Below, piece by piece: positions 1 through 7,747 of a DNA stretch of 64,000 nucleotides. Position 1 is the first letter of the stretch; every line of letters starts with the position of its first letter. A program made the translations under genes and the position numbers. The DNA lies in IMG/VR virus record IMGVR_UViG_3300035701_000015, positions 12,009 to 76,008 of that record, one strand, 5' to 3'. The notes under the pieces were generated by a model. The model saw only the letters and a program-made list of their open reading frames with translations, searched no databases and was not told the DNA's origin. Source of the stretch: a virus. Taxonomy: Duplodnaviria > Heunggongvirae > Uroviricota > Caudoviricetes.

Positions 1-570
1 AAAGAATTAAAGTATAAAAGACATAAAAATATACATTTACAAAGGGCTTGGAACAAATATGGGGAAGAAAATTTTGAGTTAGCTATCCTACAGATAATAG
101 AGAACGAGAAAGATTTATTCAGTGAAGAATATAAATATCAAAAGATATTTAATTGTTTGGAGAATGGATACAATCAAGACTATCCTTATGGAGAAAAAAT
201 ACCAAGGTCTGAAAAAGTTAGGGAAAAAATTTCGAAAGGTTTAACGGGTAAAATTCAGACAGAAGAACAAAAAAGAAAAAATAGCGAATGGCATAAAAAT
301 TATATATGGACAGAAGAGCATAAAAAGAAGAGGAGGGACCACCTTATTAGAAAAAATAAGATAAATCCCCCAATGCTCGGTAAATGCCATACACCTGAAG
401 CAAAAAAGAAAATGTCAGAAATGAAACGGGAATCATGGCAAAAAAGAAGGTTGAGAACAGAAAAAGATTATAGAAGCGTGGCTCAATGGCACAGCACCGG
501 TCTCCAAAACCGACATTTGGGGGTTCAAGTCCCTCCGCTTCTGAAAGCAGCGACGAGACAAGAAGGCTGA
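1..570 (+). CDS. GIY-YIG homing endonuclease, 5' truncated at window edge
   Basis: Frame 1 runs from position 1 with the GIY-YIG signature LQRAWNKYGEENFE, followed by four NUMOD3-like repeats (GEKIPRSEKVREKIS, TEEQKRKNSEWHKNY, TEEHKKKRRDHL, TPEAKKKMSEMK). The reading frame continues through tRNA-Trp, so the true 3' end is uncertain. Confidence 0.55.
   Translation, partial: KELKYKRHKNIHLQRAWNKYGEENFELAILQIIENEKDLFSEEYKYQKIFNCLENGYNQDYPYGEKIPRSEKVREKISKGLTGKIQTEEQKRKNSEWHKNYIWTEEHKKKRRDHLIRKNKINPPMLGKCHTPEAKKKMSEMKRESWQKRRLRTEKDYRSVAQWHSTGLQNRHLGVQVPPLLKAATRQEG
472..543 (+). tRNA. tRNA-Trp (anticodon CCA)
   Basis: Cloverleaf: acceptor agaagcg/cgcttct, anticodon loop ctCCAaa, T-loop ttcaagt. 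Confidence 0.6.
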
Positions 571-577
571 AGTTAAT

Positions 578-1135
578 ATGAAATGGTTTAGTAGTGATTG
601 GCATCTTGGACATGATAATGTAATGAAATTTTCTGAGAGGCCATTCGAGAACATTGACGATATGAACGAGAAAATTATATCGAACATGTTATCGGTCGTA
701 AATCAAGGCGACGAACTTTACTTCTTGGGTGATCTCGCTTGGAGAGTATATGCTTTGAACAAGTTCTTTGACAGATGGCCCAAGAGAGTTAATTTTCACT
801 GGATTCTTGGAAATCATGACAAGAGTTGGCAATCTTTTAAAAATCGATGCACTTCTGTATCTGAGATGAAGAAGACGCACATAGGGAATAACACTGTCAT
901 ACTATGCCATTATCCGATGCTGACTTGGGATAAGTCGCATTATAATTCTTGGATGCTCTTTGGGCATCATCACAGGAATTCACACGGAACGATAGAAGTA
1001 GAAAAATTAACAACTGGTAAGATGTTAAATATAAATCTCGAGTTTAACAATTTTATGCCTTACTCAGAAGATCAGATTGCAACGATAATGGCTGAGAAAG
1101 ATAATAACTGGGATTTGATAAAAAAGGGCGATTAG
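578..1135 (+). CDS. calcineurin-like metallophosphoesterase
   Basis: Motifs DWHLGH, GDLAWR and GNHD. Confidence 0.65.
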   Translation: MKWFSSDWHLGHDNVMKFSERPFENIDDMNEKIISNMLSVVNQGDELYFLGDLAWRVYALNKFFDRWPKRVNFHWILGNHDKSWQSFKNRCTSVSEMKKTHIGNNTVILCHYPMLTWDKSHYNSWMLFGHHHRNSHGTIEVEKLTTGKMLNINLEFNNFMPYSEDQIATIMAEKDNNWDLIKKGD

Positions 1136-1199
1136 CTTAAATGGTTAAAGCACTTGACCGATAATCAAGAGAGTCTCAGTTCAATTCTGAGATTGCCCA
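1126..1199 (+). tRNA. tRNA-Ile (anticodon GAT), unusual C33
   Basis: Acceptor gggcgat/attgccc, D-arm gctt-aaatggtta-aagc, anticodon arm cttga-ccGATaa-tcaag, T-arm ctcag-ttcaatt-ctgag. Confidence 0.5.
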
Positions 1200-1294
1200 A
1201 ATGATAAATGGAATATTAGTTGGAGTAATGATGTCAATAATGCTAATAGGCTTTCTCTTAGCATATATTTCTGATAACAAGAAGAACTAACGAT

Positions 1295-1369
1295 GCGGGG
1301 TAGACTGGAGTCTGGTTACCAGCCCTGTCTCATAAGCAGGTCTACGTGGGTTCAAATCCCACCCCCGCT
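1295..1369 (+). tRNA. tRNA-Met/Ile2 (anticodon CAT)
   Basis: Acceptor gcggggt/ccccgc, anticodon arm cctgt-ctCATaa-gcagg, T-arm gtggg-ttcaaat-cccac. Confidence 0.55.
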
Positions 1370-1373
1370 AATA

Positions 1374-1441
1374 AGAGCTGAATTGTGGGGCTTATCGACA
1401 AATTGTAAATTGTAAAGGATGCCTCACGAAAATCTTGCTCT
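1374..1441 (+). ncRNA. structured stem-loop element, family member Y0
   Basis: Outer stem agagc/gctct, TGAA internal loop, inner stem gtgggg/cctcac, TTATCG motif, 3' CTTGCTCT. Lies between tRNA-Met and tRNA-Pro. Confidence 0.4.
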
Positions 1442-1447
1442 TTAATA

Positions 1448-1522
1448 CGGGCAGTGGGCTAGTTGGTTTAGGTCGCTCGGTTCGGGGCCGAGAAAACGGC
1501 GGTTCGAATCCGCCCTGCCCGA
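1448..1522 (+). tRNA. tRNA-Pro (anticodon CGG)
   Basis: Acceptor cgggcag/ctgcccg, anticodon arm ctcgg-ttCGGgg-ccgag, T-arm ggcgg-ttcgaat-ccgcc. Confidence 0.55.
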
Positions 1523-1526
1523 AATA

Positions 1527-1593
1527 GAAGCTGAAGGAAAGTGGTTATCGTAAATGCAAATTACACAAACGCCATTTTCCGAACTCTTGCTTC
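1527..1593 (+). ncRNA. structured stem-loop element, family member Y1
   Basis: Outer stem gaagc/gcttc, TGAA, inner stem ggaaagtgg/ccattttcc, TTATCG, 3' CTTGCTTC. Homologous to the flanks of the element at 7598-7727. Confidence 0.45.
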
Positions 1594-1608
1594 TTTTTAG
1601 GAGACAAT

Positions 1609-2034
1609 ATGAAATACACCGAAGAGCCCAAAGATTTATTTTCAGTAGATTTTAAAAAATGGACTCCAGCTCATTGCATTTCGCTTGATTGTAAAATGGG
1701 AGCTGGAATCGCAGTACCAGTGAAGAAGAAGTTTAATCTTAGTGGTTTGTACGATGTCGTAGATGAGCTCGGTCTCGAGTACCCAGTTTGTGTACATCAC
1801 AACGGAGTCTACAACTTAATCACTAAGAAAAATTATTGGGACAAGCCAACATATGACACACTTGAAGGTGCTCTTATCAGCATGAGAGACCATGCTTTAA
1901 AGAATGGTATAAATCATATTGTGATGCCGAAGATTGGTTGTGGCATTGATGGACTTTCATGGTCCATAGTCAGAGAGTTTATCCAAGAAGTTTTTGATGA
2001 CACTGACATAGAAATTTTAATATGTTATATCTAA
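1609..2034 (+). CDS. Macro-domain protein (ADP-ribose binding/processing)
   Basis: GAGIA and PKIGCGIDG motifs typical of macro domains. Confidence 0.6.
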   Translation: MKYTEEPKDLFSVDFKKWTPAHCISLDCKMGAGIAVPVKKKFNLSGLYDVVDELGLEYPVCVHHNGVYNLITKKNYWDKPTYDTLEGALISMRDHALKNGINHIVMPKIGCGIDGLSWSIVREFIQEVFDDTDIEILICYI

Positions 2035-2050
2035 TGAAAAGGAGATAAAG

Positions 2051-2374
2051 ATGATAATGTTCGGAGATAGAATTCTTCTTGAGAAGATAGAAGAAAAAGT
2101 CGAAGAGAAAAAATCTGAGGGTGGAATTGTAATTCCTAATCAGGTTGAAGAAAGAAAACTGAAAAACAAACACATCTTTCGTGGAGTTATAAAACTAACT
2201 GGAAAAGATGTGAAACTGGTTGAAGCAAAAGATGTAGTGTTATTTAACATCATCAATACACAACAGATTGAGCTTGAAGGAAAAGAATTTTTTATCATGG
2301 AAGAAAAAAACCTTTTGGCTAAAATAGCTCCAGAAGCGAAGATTCAAGAAGTTGCGAAACTTATCAACATTTAA
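2051..2374 (+). CDS. groES: GroES-like co-chaperonin (Cpn10)
   Basis: GDRILLEK...SEGGIVIP...G.VI..G...V..GD.VLF pattern in a ~100 aa protein. Confidence 0.65.
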   Translation: MIMFGDRILLEKIEEKVEEKKSEGGIVIPNQVEERKLKNKHIFRGVIKLTGKDVKLVEAKDVVLFNIINTQQIELEGKEFFIMEEKNLLAKIAPEAKIQEVAKLINI

Positions 2375-2467
2375 GGAGGTGAGACTATGTTGTAGGCTCG
2401 CGATCGTGGTCCTCCCGTCTGAATTGATTTCTAACCAATTTCAATTCAAACTATAAGGAGAAAAACC

Positions 2468-2872
2468 ATGACTAAGGAACAGTATTTTCAATTAAAAGAA
2501 GAACAGAAGGAACTCGGAAAGAAAATCCGAGAAACGAAGGGCGGGTTCAGGGAAGATCAGAGAAACTTCTCTAAATGCCAGAGCACTGCTAATGATTATT
2601 ATAAAGGAAAAACAGACAGTGCTACTTGGGAAAAGATTAGACCCGAGTACAACAAGCTTAACGAGAAACAGTTTAAGTCGATGTGTGATTTGCATAAGAC
2701 GCAAAGAGAGTACAGACACAAACACATCATCTACTGTTTTGCTCGTGGAAAAACTATGAAACAAATTGAGCCTAAAGTTCGAGAGCACAATGAGCCCAAC
2801 CAAACAGAGCTTCAGAGACTTATGAAACTCTACGACGTTCGGGAACCTCTTGCATTAGAGGTCGCAATATGA
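2468..2872 (+). CDS. hypothetical protein
   Basis: ORF with an AGGAG ribosome-binding site upstream. Confidence 0.5.
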   Translation: MTKEQYFQLKEEQKELGKKIRETKGGFREDQRNFSKCQSTANDYYKGKTDSATWEKIRPEYNKLNEKQFKSMCDLHKTQREYRHKHIIYCFARGKTMKQIEPKVREHNEPNQTELQRLMKLYDVREPLALEVAI

Positions 2873-3204
2873 AAACCATAGAAGCTTACATGATTTATTG
2901 TGGCACTGGTTGTACATGTTGCAGTAGCGAAAACCATTACAGAGGTTTTTACAAGACAGAGGAAGAGGCGAATAGGAGAATTCAATACTTCTATTCTCCA
3001 ACTAGCAAGTTCTGGCCTCTTGCTTCACAATATGCAACAAGGGGAAGATACTCAGTCGAGAAGGTGACGACTGAAGAAATTGGAGACGGAAGGTTCATTT
3101 TGAACAATGATAAAATTCTCCAAGACTTGAGCTTTGTCGAGTTGAACGTTGACGGGTCAATAGAAAATAACGAGGATGATTATTTATTCTCGGATCTATA
3201 TTGA
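2869..3204 (+). CDS. hypothetical protein (Cys-rich N-terminus)
   Basis: ATGA start overlap with the upstream gene. Confidence 0.45.
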   Translation: MKTIEAYMIYCGTGCTCCSSENHYRGFYKTEEEANRRIQYFYSPTSKFWPLASQYATRGRYSVEKVTTEEIGDGRFILNNDKILQDLSFVELNVDGSIENNEDDYLFSDLY

Positions 3205-3208
3205 CTAT

Positions 3209-3226
3209 GGGGACTTCGGTCCTCCA
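3209..3226 (+). other. GC hairpin with TTCG tetraloop
   Basis: ggggacTTCGgtcctcc, immediately 5' of a tRNA. Confidence 0.3.
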
Positions 3227-3230
3227 AGAT

Positions 3231-3303
3231 GTCTCCGTAGCTCAATGGCAGAGCGGCTGCCTCTAAAGCAGTGTCAGTGAAGGTTCAAGTCCTTTCGGAG
3301 ACC
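3231..3303 (+). tRNA. putative amber-suppressor tRNA (anticodon CTA)
   Basis: Acceptor gtctccg/cggagac, D-arm gctc-aatggca-gagc, anticodon arm gctgc-ctCTAaa-gcagt, T-arm gaagg-ttcaagt-ccttt. Confidence 0.5.
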
Positions 3304-3513
3304 ACAACTATGGGCGATATAATTGGAGTTGTAATGCCTCACAGAAATAATATAATAGGAGTTGTTTATGAAAAAGATGGTCAGATTTATATGGCTGAAC
3401 CGATAGCAAATTTAACTTCAAAGAAAACTTCAGATCTGAACAATAAAAGTAATGACCATCTTATAAGGTCAATTGAAGACATTAAAAAAGTATATACAAT
3501 AAAGCAATTAAAG

Positions 3514-3586
3514 GGCCCCGTAGTTCACCGGATAGAACATTAGCCTTCTAAGCTAATTGTAGCAGGTTCGATTCCTGCCGGGGTCG
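3514..3586 (+). tRNA. tRNA-Arg (anticodon TCT)
   Basis: Anticodon arm ttagc-ctTCTaa-gctaa, T-arm gcagg-ttcgatt-cctgc. Confidence 0.6.
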
Positions 3587-3589
3587 AAT

Positions 3590-3952
3590 ATGTCACCAGT
3601 AACTAACAGCTATTATTTTGAAAGGATGCCGAATGGAAATATGTTTATGGCGCCCATAGTAAGACCTCTGCAAGAAGTGATATCTGAAAGAACTCAAGTA
3701 GCAGAATTCTTTCGTCAGGGTCCAAACGCCGAAGTTCTTGCTGGAGTTTGTGATCTGATAAAAGCTGATATGGTTTTTAAGAATAAGAAAATAATAATGA
3801 AGAATATGAAAGTTTCTACAAGTCTTGAGATGCAACACAAGATTGACATTTACAATACTATTACAGCAAAAGAATTAATAGAAGAATACAAGAAAAACAG
3901 AGACAACAATAACGAGAAAAAATATATGAAACGAATAAAGGATTACAAATGA
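3590..3952 (+). CDS. hypothetical protein
   Basis: ORF starting right after tRNA-Arg. Confidence 0.5.
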   Translation: MSPVTNSYYFERMPNGNMFMAPIVRPLQEVISERTQVAEFFRQGPNAEVLAGVCDLIKADMVFKNKKIIMKNMKVSTSLEMQHKIDIYNTITAKELIEEYKKNRDNNNEKKYMKRIKDYK

Positions 3953-4098
3953 GAAAATGTAATTGGACCGATTGTTTTAGAGAATCTGGTCATTGCGATA
4001 ATAATTTTAAGCATAAAGTATTTTATTATACTAAAAGGAACAAACACAGACGCAAATTATTGCTATGTGAAGAACATTTAAATACTCTTAGAAAATAG
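3949..4098 (+). CDS. small Cys/His-rich protein (49 aa)
   Basis: ATGA overlap with the upstream gene; CxxxxC...HC...CxxH spacing. Confidence 0.3.
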   Translation: MRKCNWTDCFRESGHCDNNFKHKVFYYTKRNKHRRKLLLCEEHLNTLRK

Positions 4099-4149
4099 AA
4101 GATAGAGCAGATGAAGTAATGGGATTTAAAATAATTGAAATTGTAGAAA

Positions 4150-4221
4150 GACTCCATCGTCCAACGGACAAGACAGAAGTTTCCTAAACTTCAAATCTGG
4201 GTTCAATTCCCAGTGGGGTCA
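4150..4221 (+). tRNA. tRNA-Arg (anticodon CCT), short D-stem
   Basis: Acceptor gactcca/tggggtc, anticodon arm gaagt-ttCCTaa-acttc, T-arm ctggg-ttcaatt-cccag. Confidence 0.5.
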
Positions 4222-4223
4222 AG

Positions 4224-4601
4224 ATGCCTTACGAGTATCAAAGAAAGTTAAAAGCTATCTATGACGTAATCGGTATGAGAGTTGAAAAAACTCCCATATT
4301 GCGAGAAAAAGGTGCAGTGATTATTGAAGATTTTGTAACTCTTCATTATCTGAAAAATAAAAAACTCGTCATATTAAAATGTGCTCCTGGTAGCCGTTTC
4401 ACCTTAGAATCGATAGCGCAAGAACTTGAAAGGAATTTAACTAAAAGCGACAAGCTTTCTGATTGGTGGCAAATTACTAATGAAGGCTTAGTCATGATCT
4501 TTGACATATACGGATATGAAGCTGTCAGGGCAGAAGACCAAAAGAGACTCGTTCAGCTTTTATTAAAGAGAGAGAGAGTTCCGAAAGTTAAAGCAAGATA
4601 A
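4224..4601 (+). CDS. hypothetical protein
   Basis: ORF. Confidence 0.5.
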   Translation: MPYEYQRKLKAIYDVIGMRVEKTPILREKGAVIIEDFVTLHYLKNKKLVILKCAPGSRFTLESIAQELERNLTKSDKLSDWWQITNEGLVMIFDIYGYEAVRAEDQKRLVQLLLKRERVPKVKAR

Positions 4602-4605
4602 TTAT

Positions 4606-4902
4606 ATGTATAGTTCGATGTATAAACTTTTTGGTAAATTCGTGAAATATAATTCATATATAAGATTGAATTACTCCTGGTTGCCTAAAGGTATAATGTA
4701 TATTTATGGTAAAACGGAGTTCACGCCTTATCCTTTAGCTATTAGTGGTTCTAAAATTTATACTAGACCAAACGACCCAATAAAAGTTTTACAGTCTAAT
4801 GATGCAGCAAAGAATTTTATACTAGTGAAACCCACTGAAAGAGAATGCAGAATTTTTATAAATAATATATTCGTCGCAGACTTTGGATATCATAATGAAT
4901 AA
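4606..4902 (+). CDS. hypothetical protein, paralog A
   Basis: Shares KLFGK...GIMY.YG...GSKIY...NFI..KPTE..C..FI.N with the next gene. Confidence 0.5.
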   Translation: MYSSMYKLFGKFVKYNSYIRLNYSWLPKGIMYIYGKTEFTPYPLAISGSKIYTRPNDPIKVLQSNDAAKNFILVKPTERECRIFINNIFVADFGYHNE

Positions 4903-5167
4903 ATCGATGAAGAAGCTTTTCGGGAAAGTAATAAAAGCTAAATCTGATAGCGCTGGTGAAGGGTGGTTAGGGATAATGTATGTCTACGGTTCTGAAATAG
5001 ACGATGGTTATGAGAGGGCTCATATCATAAGAGGTAGTAAGATTTATAAAGAAGAAATGCGATTCGGATTACCGGTAGCTGAAAAAGCTTCTAATTACAT
5101 AATAACAAAGCCCACTGAAAAGCAATGCAAGAACTTTATCATCAACGCTTTTAATGCCTTTGACTAA
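4883..5167 (+). CDS. hypothetical protein, paralog B
   Basis: Tandem paralog of 4606..4902. Confidence 0.5.
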   Translation: MDIIMNKSMKKLFGKVIKAKSDSAGEGWLGIMYVYGSEIDDGYERAHIIRGSKIYKEEMRFGLPVAEKASNYIITKPTEKQCKNFIINAFNAFD

Positions 5168-5176
5168 GATAAACTC

Positions 5177-5440
5177 ATGGAACTAAATCAAATTCTCCGC
5201 CTTGATGAATATGTTGGCTTAGTAGATAAAGGTGAAATAAATCCCAGTGAGTTAGAATTAGCACTGAAACTGTTAAAGTCTAAAGAGGATGCTCAAAGAT
5301 TAGCTTCTCGGCTTAAAAAAGTAGCACTTCGAAAAGAAGTTAAAAGAGCAAGAGAATTAGCTCAGTCATTCACTAAAAACATTTATGTTTCATTTTTTCT
5401 TGATGCTCTCGAAGAAAAACCCGTTGCTCAAGTCTCTTAA
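5177..5440 (+). CDS. hypothetical protein
   Basis: ORF ending immediately before a tRNA. Confidence 0.5.
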   Translation: MELNQILRLDEYVGLVDKGEINPSELELALKLLKSKEDAQRLASRLKKVALRKEVKRARELAQSFTKNIYVSFFLDALEEKPVAQVS

Positions 5441-5441
5441 T

Positions 5442-5516
5442 GGCTCCATCGTCTAAACGGTTTAGGATATCACTCCCTCAAAGTGAAGACTACGGGTTCA
5501 AGCCCCGTTGGAGCTA
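5442..5516 (+). tRNA. tRNA-Glu-like (anticodon CTC), predicted C33
   Basis: Acceptor ggctcca/tggagct, anticodon arm tcact-ccCTCaa-agtga, T-arm acggg-ttcaagc-cccgt. Confidence 0.45.
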
Positions 5517-5552
5517 AAGTTTCGATTCAATCGTATAATTAAAGCATAGATA

Positions 5553-5625
5553 GGGCGGTTAGCTCAACTGGAAGAGTATCTGGTCTACACCCAGAGGGTC
5601 GGGGGTTCAAATCCCTCCCCGCCCA
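5553..5625 (+). tRNA. tRNA-Val (anticodon TAC)
   Basis: Anticodon arm tctgg-tcTACac-ccaga, T-arm ggggg-ttcaaat-ccctc. Confidence 0.55.
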
Positions 5626-5649
5626 AAACTAAAAAGTGAAGGAGAAAAT

Positions 5650-6141
5650 ATGAAACAGATTTTCTGGTTCGTTCTTCTTTTCGCAACTTTGATTTGCACT
5701 GTAGCTTCTGCTGACTGGATCGGGATGGAATATGAGATAGAAGGTGGTTGGAGTCCCTTCGGTGGTTTCGGAGGTTATGAGGTAGCTCAAAGTAAATTTC
5801 TTACCATCGATGGAAAAACTTATTCTCTCTATTCGTTTGACCAGGAAGAGTGGAACGTTTTTTATCTGGAACTTTCCACTAGAGTTTGGCTTTGGGAGCA
5901 TATTTTTGTAGGAGGATCAGTCACTACGTTAATGAGCTTTGTGGGGGAGAAAAATTTTAATCCGTATTTCTCGAACTATATGTTTGAGAGCGGAGTTAAG
6001 TTCGGTTCTCTTGAATTGTTTTATTCTCACGATTGTACTCATCCTGTGACTCCCTATGCTTATTCTTATCGGCTCACGTCTCTTTGGGGAGAAGGAGGAG
6101 TTGACAGGATTGGATTTCGCTTAAAAGGTGGAATGAAATAA
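5650..6141 (+). CDS. secreted hypothetical protein
   Basis: N-terminal signal peptide MKQIFWFVLLFATLICTVASA. Confidence 0.55.
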   Translation: MKQIFWFVLLFATLICTVASADWIGMEYEIEGGWSPFGGFGGYEVAQSKFLTIDGKTYSLYSFDQEEWNVFYLELSTRVWLWEHIFVGGSVTTLMSFVGEKNFNPYFSNYMFESGVKFGSLELFYSHDCTHPVTPYAYSYRLTSLWGEGGVDRIGFRLKGGMK

Positions 6142-6147
6142 TTTTAA

Positions 6148-6219
6148 GGTCCCATCGACTAGTGGTCAGGTCAGCAGCCCTTCAAGCTGTAGACGCGGGT
6201 TCGACTCCCGCTGGGACTA
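6148..6219 (+). tRNA. tRNA-Glu-like (anticodon TTC), predicted C33
   Basis: Acceptor ggtccca/tgggact, anticodon arm gcagc-ccTTCaa-gctgt, T-arm gcggg-ttcgact-cccgc. Confidence 0.45.
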
Positions 6220-6222
6220 ATC

Positions 6223-6295
6223 GCGGTAGTAGCTCAAATGGTAGAGTGCAGTCCTTCCAAGTCTGAAGTTACGGGTTCGAGTCCCGTCTACCGCT
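6223..6295 (+). tRNA. tRNA-Gly (anticodon TCC)
   Basis: Acceptor gcggtag/ctaccgc, anticodon loop ctTCCaa, T-arm acggg-ttcgagt-cccgt. Confidence 0.5.
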
Positions 6296-6323
6296 CACGG
6301 AGTAATAAGACGGAGTAATAAGT

Positions 6324-6587
6324 ATGAGCAAAAACAAAATTTACGTTGTTACTATGTACCGATACGGGAACAAACAGAACGATTCATATGTTCTGGGAGC
6401 TTTTTCGAAGAAGCAAAAAGCTTTCGACGAAGCTGATGCAGAAGAAGCTTATCGAGGTGGGAAATATTCTGGTGAAGTACTGGAGTTTAACCCAAATGAA
6501 TCGATTCGCATTACAGAGAAGGCGAAGATCGTTAGAGTGGTCAAACTTCATCCCGAACTCGGTAGCATACCCAGAGGCGCACTCTAA
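6324..6587 (+). CDS. hypothetical protein
   Basis: Preferred over the overlapping frame 6346..6747. Confidence 0.5.
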   Translation: MSKNKIYVVTMYRYGNKQNDSYVLGAFSKKQKAFDEADAEEAYRGGKYSGEVLEFNPNESIRITEKAKIVRVVKLHPELGSIPRGAL

Positions 6588-6588
6588 A

Positions 6589-6747
6589 ATGAAAGAAGAT
6601 ATTAAATGGCCCACGATGAATGAAGTTCGAGAAGCTGATGGAGATCAGATTTTAAAATGGTTTAAAATTCTTCCTGTTCCTATCACAGAAGAACAGAAAG
6701 AAATTAAATTAGAAATAGATTGGGCGTTCATAGAGCTCAATCGATAA
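6589..6747 (+). CDS. small hypothetical protein (52 aa)
   Basis: Starts with MKEDIKW directly after the upstream stop. Confidence 0.35.
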   Translation: MKEDIKWPTMNEVREADGDQILKWFKILPVPITEEQKEIKLEIDWAFIELNR

Positions 6748-6756
6748 GGAGACAAC

Positions 6757-6999
6757 ATGGACAAGACGTACTCGAGGTGCTGGTCGATCACTACGGCTCC
6801 CAGTGTTGGGCTTGGTACTTTAGCATGGATCGCTTTGATTGTCCTCAAAGCTTTGGGACACATCGGCTTATCTTGGTTTTTGGTCATCACTTCAATCATA
6901 TGGATTCCTATAGCACTCACGATAGCACTCACGATAGCAATAGGAATACCAGTGGTTATTGTTCTTGTAATTGCGGCTATAATCGCATCGCAGCTATAA
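6757..6999 (+). CDS. small membrane protein
   Basis: Two hydrophobic helices. Confidence 0.45.
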   Translation: MDKTYSRCWSITTAPSVGLGTLAWIALIVLKALGHIGLSWFLVITSIIWIPIALTIALTIAIGIPVVIVLVIAAIIASQL

Positions 7000-7019
7000 T
7001 TAATTAATGGAGGTAATAT

Positions 7020-7172
7020 ATGTTTAAGATGGTAATTTGGGTTTTAATAATTGCTTTCTTGCTTTGCGCACTTTGTGTTTTTGTTGTGGGCCCCAAGAAA
7101 GTTGGGAACACAATTGAAAAGTACGGCGTGAAGAATACAATTGGAAGGCTCTGGAACGGATCACCTCAATAA
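7020..7172 (+). CDS. small membrane protein (50 aa), paralog
   Basis: One TM helix and a C-terminal ...KYGVKNTIGRLWNG tail similar to 7182..7367. Confidence 0.35.
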   Translation: MFKMVIWVLIIAFLLCALCVFVVGPKKVGNTIEKYGVKNTIGRLWNGSPQ

Positions 7173-7181
7173 GGAGTAAAT

Positions 7182-7367
7182 ATGGATTTTGACAAGACGT
7201 TCAAACGCACAATTAGGGCTGCTGTTATTATTTGGGTTCTTGTAGCATTTTTCACGGTTGCATTCATTTTTGGAGTAATTTTCTTTGCCGTCAAAGCAGT
7301 GAAGGCAGTCGAACAATATGGTCTGAAGAATACAATTGAAAGAGTTTGGGAAGGACCGAGTAAATGA
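7182..7367 (+). CDS. small membrane protein, paralog
   Basis: TM helix and VEQYGLKNTIERVWEG tail. Confidence 0.45.
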   Translation: MDFDKTFKRTIRAAVIIWVLVAFFTVAFIFGVIFFAVKAVKAVEQYGLKNTIERVWEGPSK

Positions 7368-7521
7368 AATGCACTTATTGTGGTAGACGGATTTGGTGGT
7401 TTCAAAATAGAGCACCCGATAGTAATGGATATATACATAGTACACCTTTCGGATGTAAATGGCATAAGTTCAATGATCGGATGTCGTTAAAGATAGAGGC
7501 TATTTTAGAGATAAAGAAATA

Positions 7522-7594
7522 GGGGCTGTAGCTCAATTGGGAGAGCGCCTGACCTGCAATCAGGAGGCAGGGAGTTCAAATCTCCTCAGCTCCA
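7522..7594 (+). tRNA. tRNA-Ala (anticodon TGC)
   Basis: Acceptor ggggctg/cagctcc, anticodon arm cctga-ccTGCaa-tcagg. Confidence 0.6.
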
Positions 7595-7597
7595 AAT

Positions 7598-7727
7598 GAA
7601 GCTGAACAGAAAGAGGTTATCGTACTAGGAACGAGAGGTCATTGGTTCGAATCCAATCCTCGGCAAATCATGCCGAGGTAGCCTAGTGGTTAGGGCGCTA
7701 AAACATCTTTTTCTAAAAACTTGCTTC
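7598..7727 (+). ncRNA. modular structured RNA (Y2) with permuted tRNA-like module
   Basis: Outer stem gaagc/gcttc, TGAA, inner stem agaaagagg/ctttttct. Apical module is T-arm attgg-ttcgaat-ccaat (7641-7657), acceptor hairpin cctcggc-aaatcat-gccgagg (7658-7678), then D-arm gcct-agtggtta-gggc (7681-7696). Confidence 0.4.
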
Positions 7728-7747
7728 TTAATTTTTGAGGTGATAAT

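Noticed and set aside
347-687. Minus-strand ORFs 347..613 and 433..687
   Set aside because: They are antisense to the GIY-YIG gene, tRNA-Trp and the phosphoesterase. They are hydrophobic and low-complexity, so I treat them as shadow ORFs.
2385-2440. tRNA between the GroES gene and ORF 2468
   Set aside because: No acceptor/T-arm cloverleaf could be drawn. It is probably a GC-rich hairpin or leader.
3271-3543. ORF 3271..3543 as annotated in the track
   Set aside because: It begins inside the suppressor-like tRNA and ends inside tRNA-Arg. At most a shorter internal ORF (about 3310 onward) could be real, so I did not list it.
6346-6747. Long alternate-frame ORF 6346..6747
   Set aside because: Its first 80 codons overlap 6324..6587 with a poor composition. 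Only its last 52 codons (6589..6747) are kept.
7640-7696. Nanoarchaeum-style trans-split tRNA halves
   Set aside because: The 3' and 5' parts are adjacent and covalently contiguous. Each side carries its own D-arm-like region. A permuted or Y-like module fits better than separate half genes.
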